A stretch of 64,000 nucleotides of DNA from Balanoglossus misakiensis (taxonomy: Eukaryota; Animalia; Hemichordata), in assembly GCA_040954595.2 (NCBI GenBank), contig CM082577.2, forward strand, positions 496,001 through 560,000. Reading direction: 5' to 3'. This document shows, piece by piece, positions 63,863-64,000 of this stretch; the first letter of the stretch is position 1; every line of letters begins with the position of its first letter. The notes beneath the pieces are model-generated. The model was not told where the DNA came from. It did not search any database and saw nothing but the letters and a program-made list of their open reading frames with translations. The position numbers and the translations under genes were made by a program.

Positions 63863-64000
63863 ATATTTACCCACCATTTGTATTTTTACCTATCACATGT
63901 ACCCTTTAATTAATGGGTAAATAAAACATTATTATTATTATTATTATTATTACATGTATGTTCATTAATTATTCATTATAACTTGCTGAGGGGTTCATTA

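Larger units (their letters stand above)
60459..63951 (+). mobile_element. CR1/L2-type non-LTR retrotransposon (LINE), 5'-truncated within ORF1
   Basis: C-terminal ORF1 fragment, 18-nt spacer, intact APE-RT ORF2, 3' UTR with a hairpin, AATAAA at 63920-63925 and an (ATT)8 tail at 63928-63951. The 5' boundary is approximate and no target-site duplication is seen. Confidence 0.9.

Noticed and set aside
60400-63990. Target-site duplication around the LINE
   Set aside because: No matching direct repeat between the 5' and 3' flanks, and the exact 5' junction cannot be fixed without a consensus.

Overview
This is eukaryotic genomic DNA with short GT-AG introns, probably from a marine invertebrate (inference); no prokaryotic features are supported. 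From left to right it holds: (1) the 5' part of a minus-strand WD40-repeat gene with RFX X-box motifs upstream; (2) a complete minus-strand TRPM-family cation channel gene with no C-terminal enzyme domain; (3-4) two tandem, apparently intact plus-strand polycystin-1 (PKD1)-like genes of about 20 kb each; (5) an intronless two-TM ORF with an APD1-4-like luminal region and three PPxY motifs; (6) a 5'-truncated CR1/L2-type LINE with intact ORF2. The polycystin architecture is signal peptide, two unnamed beta-rich modules, WSC, about 11 PKD repeats, REJ, GAIN/GPS, PLAT, TOP/polycystin channel and a coiled coil. Its most notable features are: an unnamed ~160-aa module present as two single-exon N-terminal copies and a third copy nested inside a PKD repeat, where it carries a Cys-rich insert resembling the 'LDL-A-related' segment of vertebrate PC1; a conserved poly-Arg furin-type site upstream of the GPS; a hypervariable mucin loop inside one PKD repeat; and a PKD2-like pore with a filter Lys. 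Exon boundaries were read by eye. Comparisons with human proteins are from memory and need alignment.
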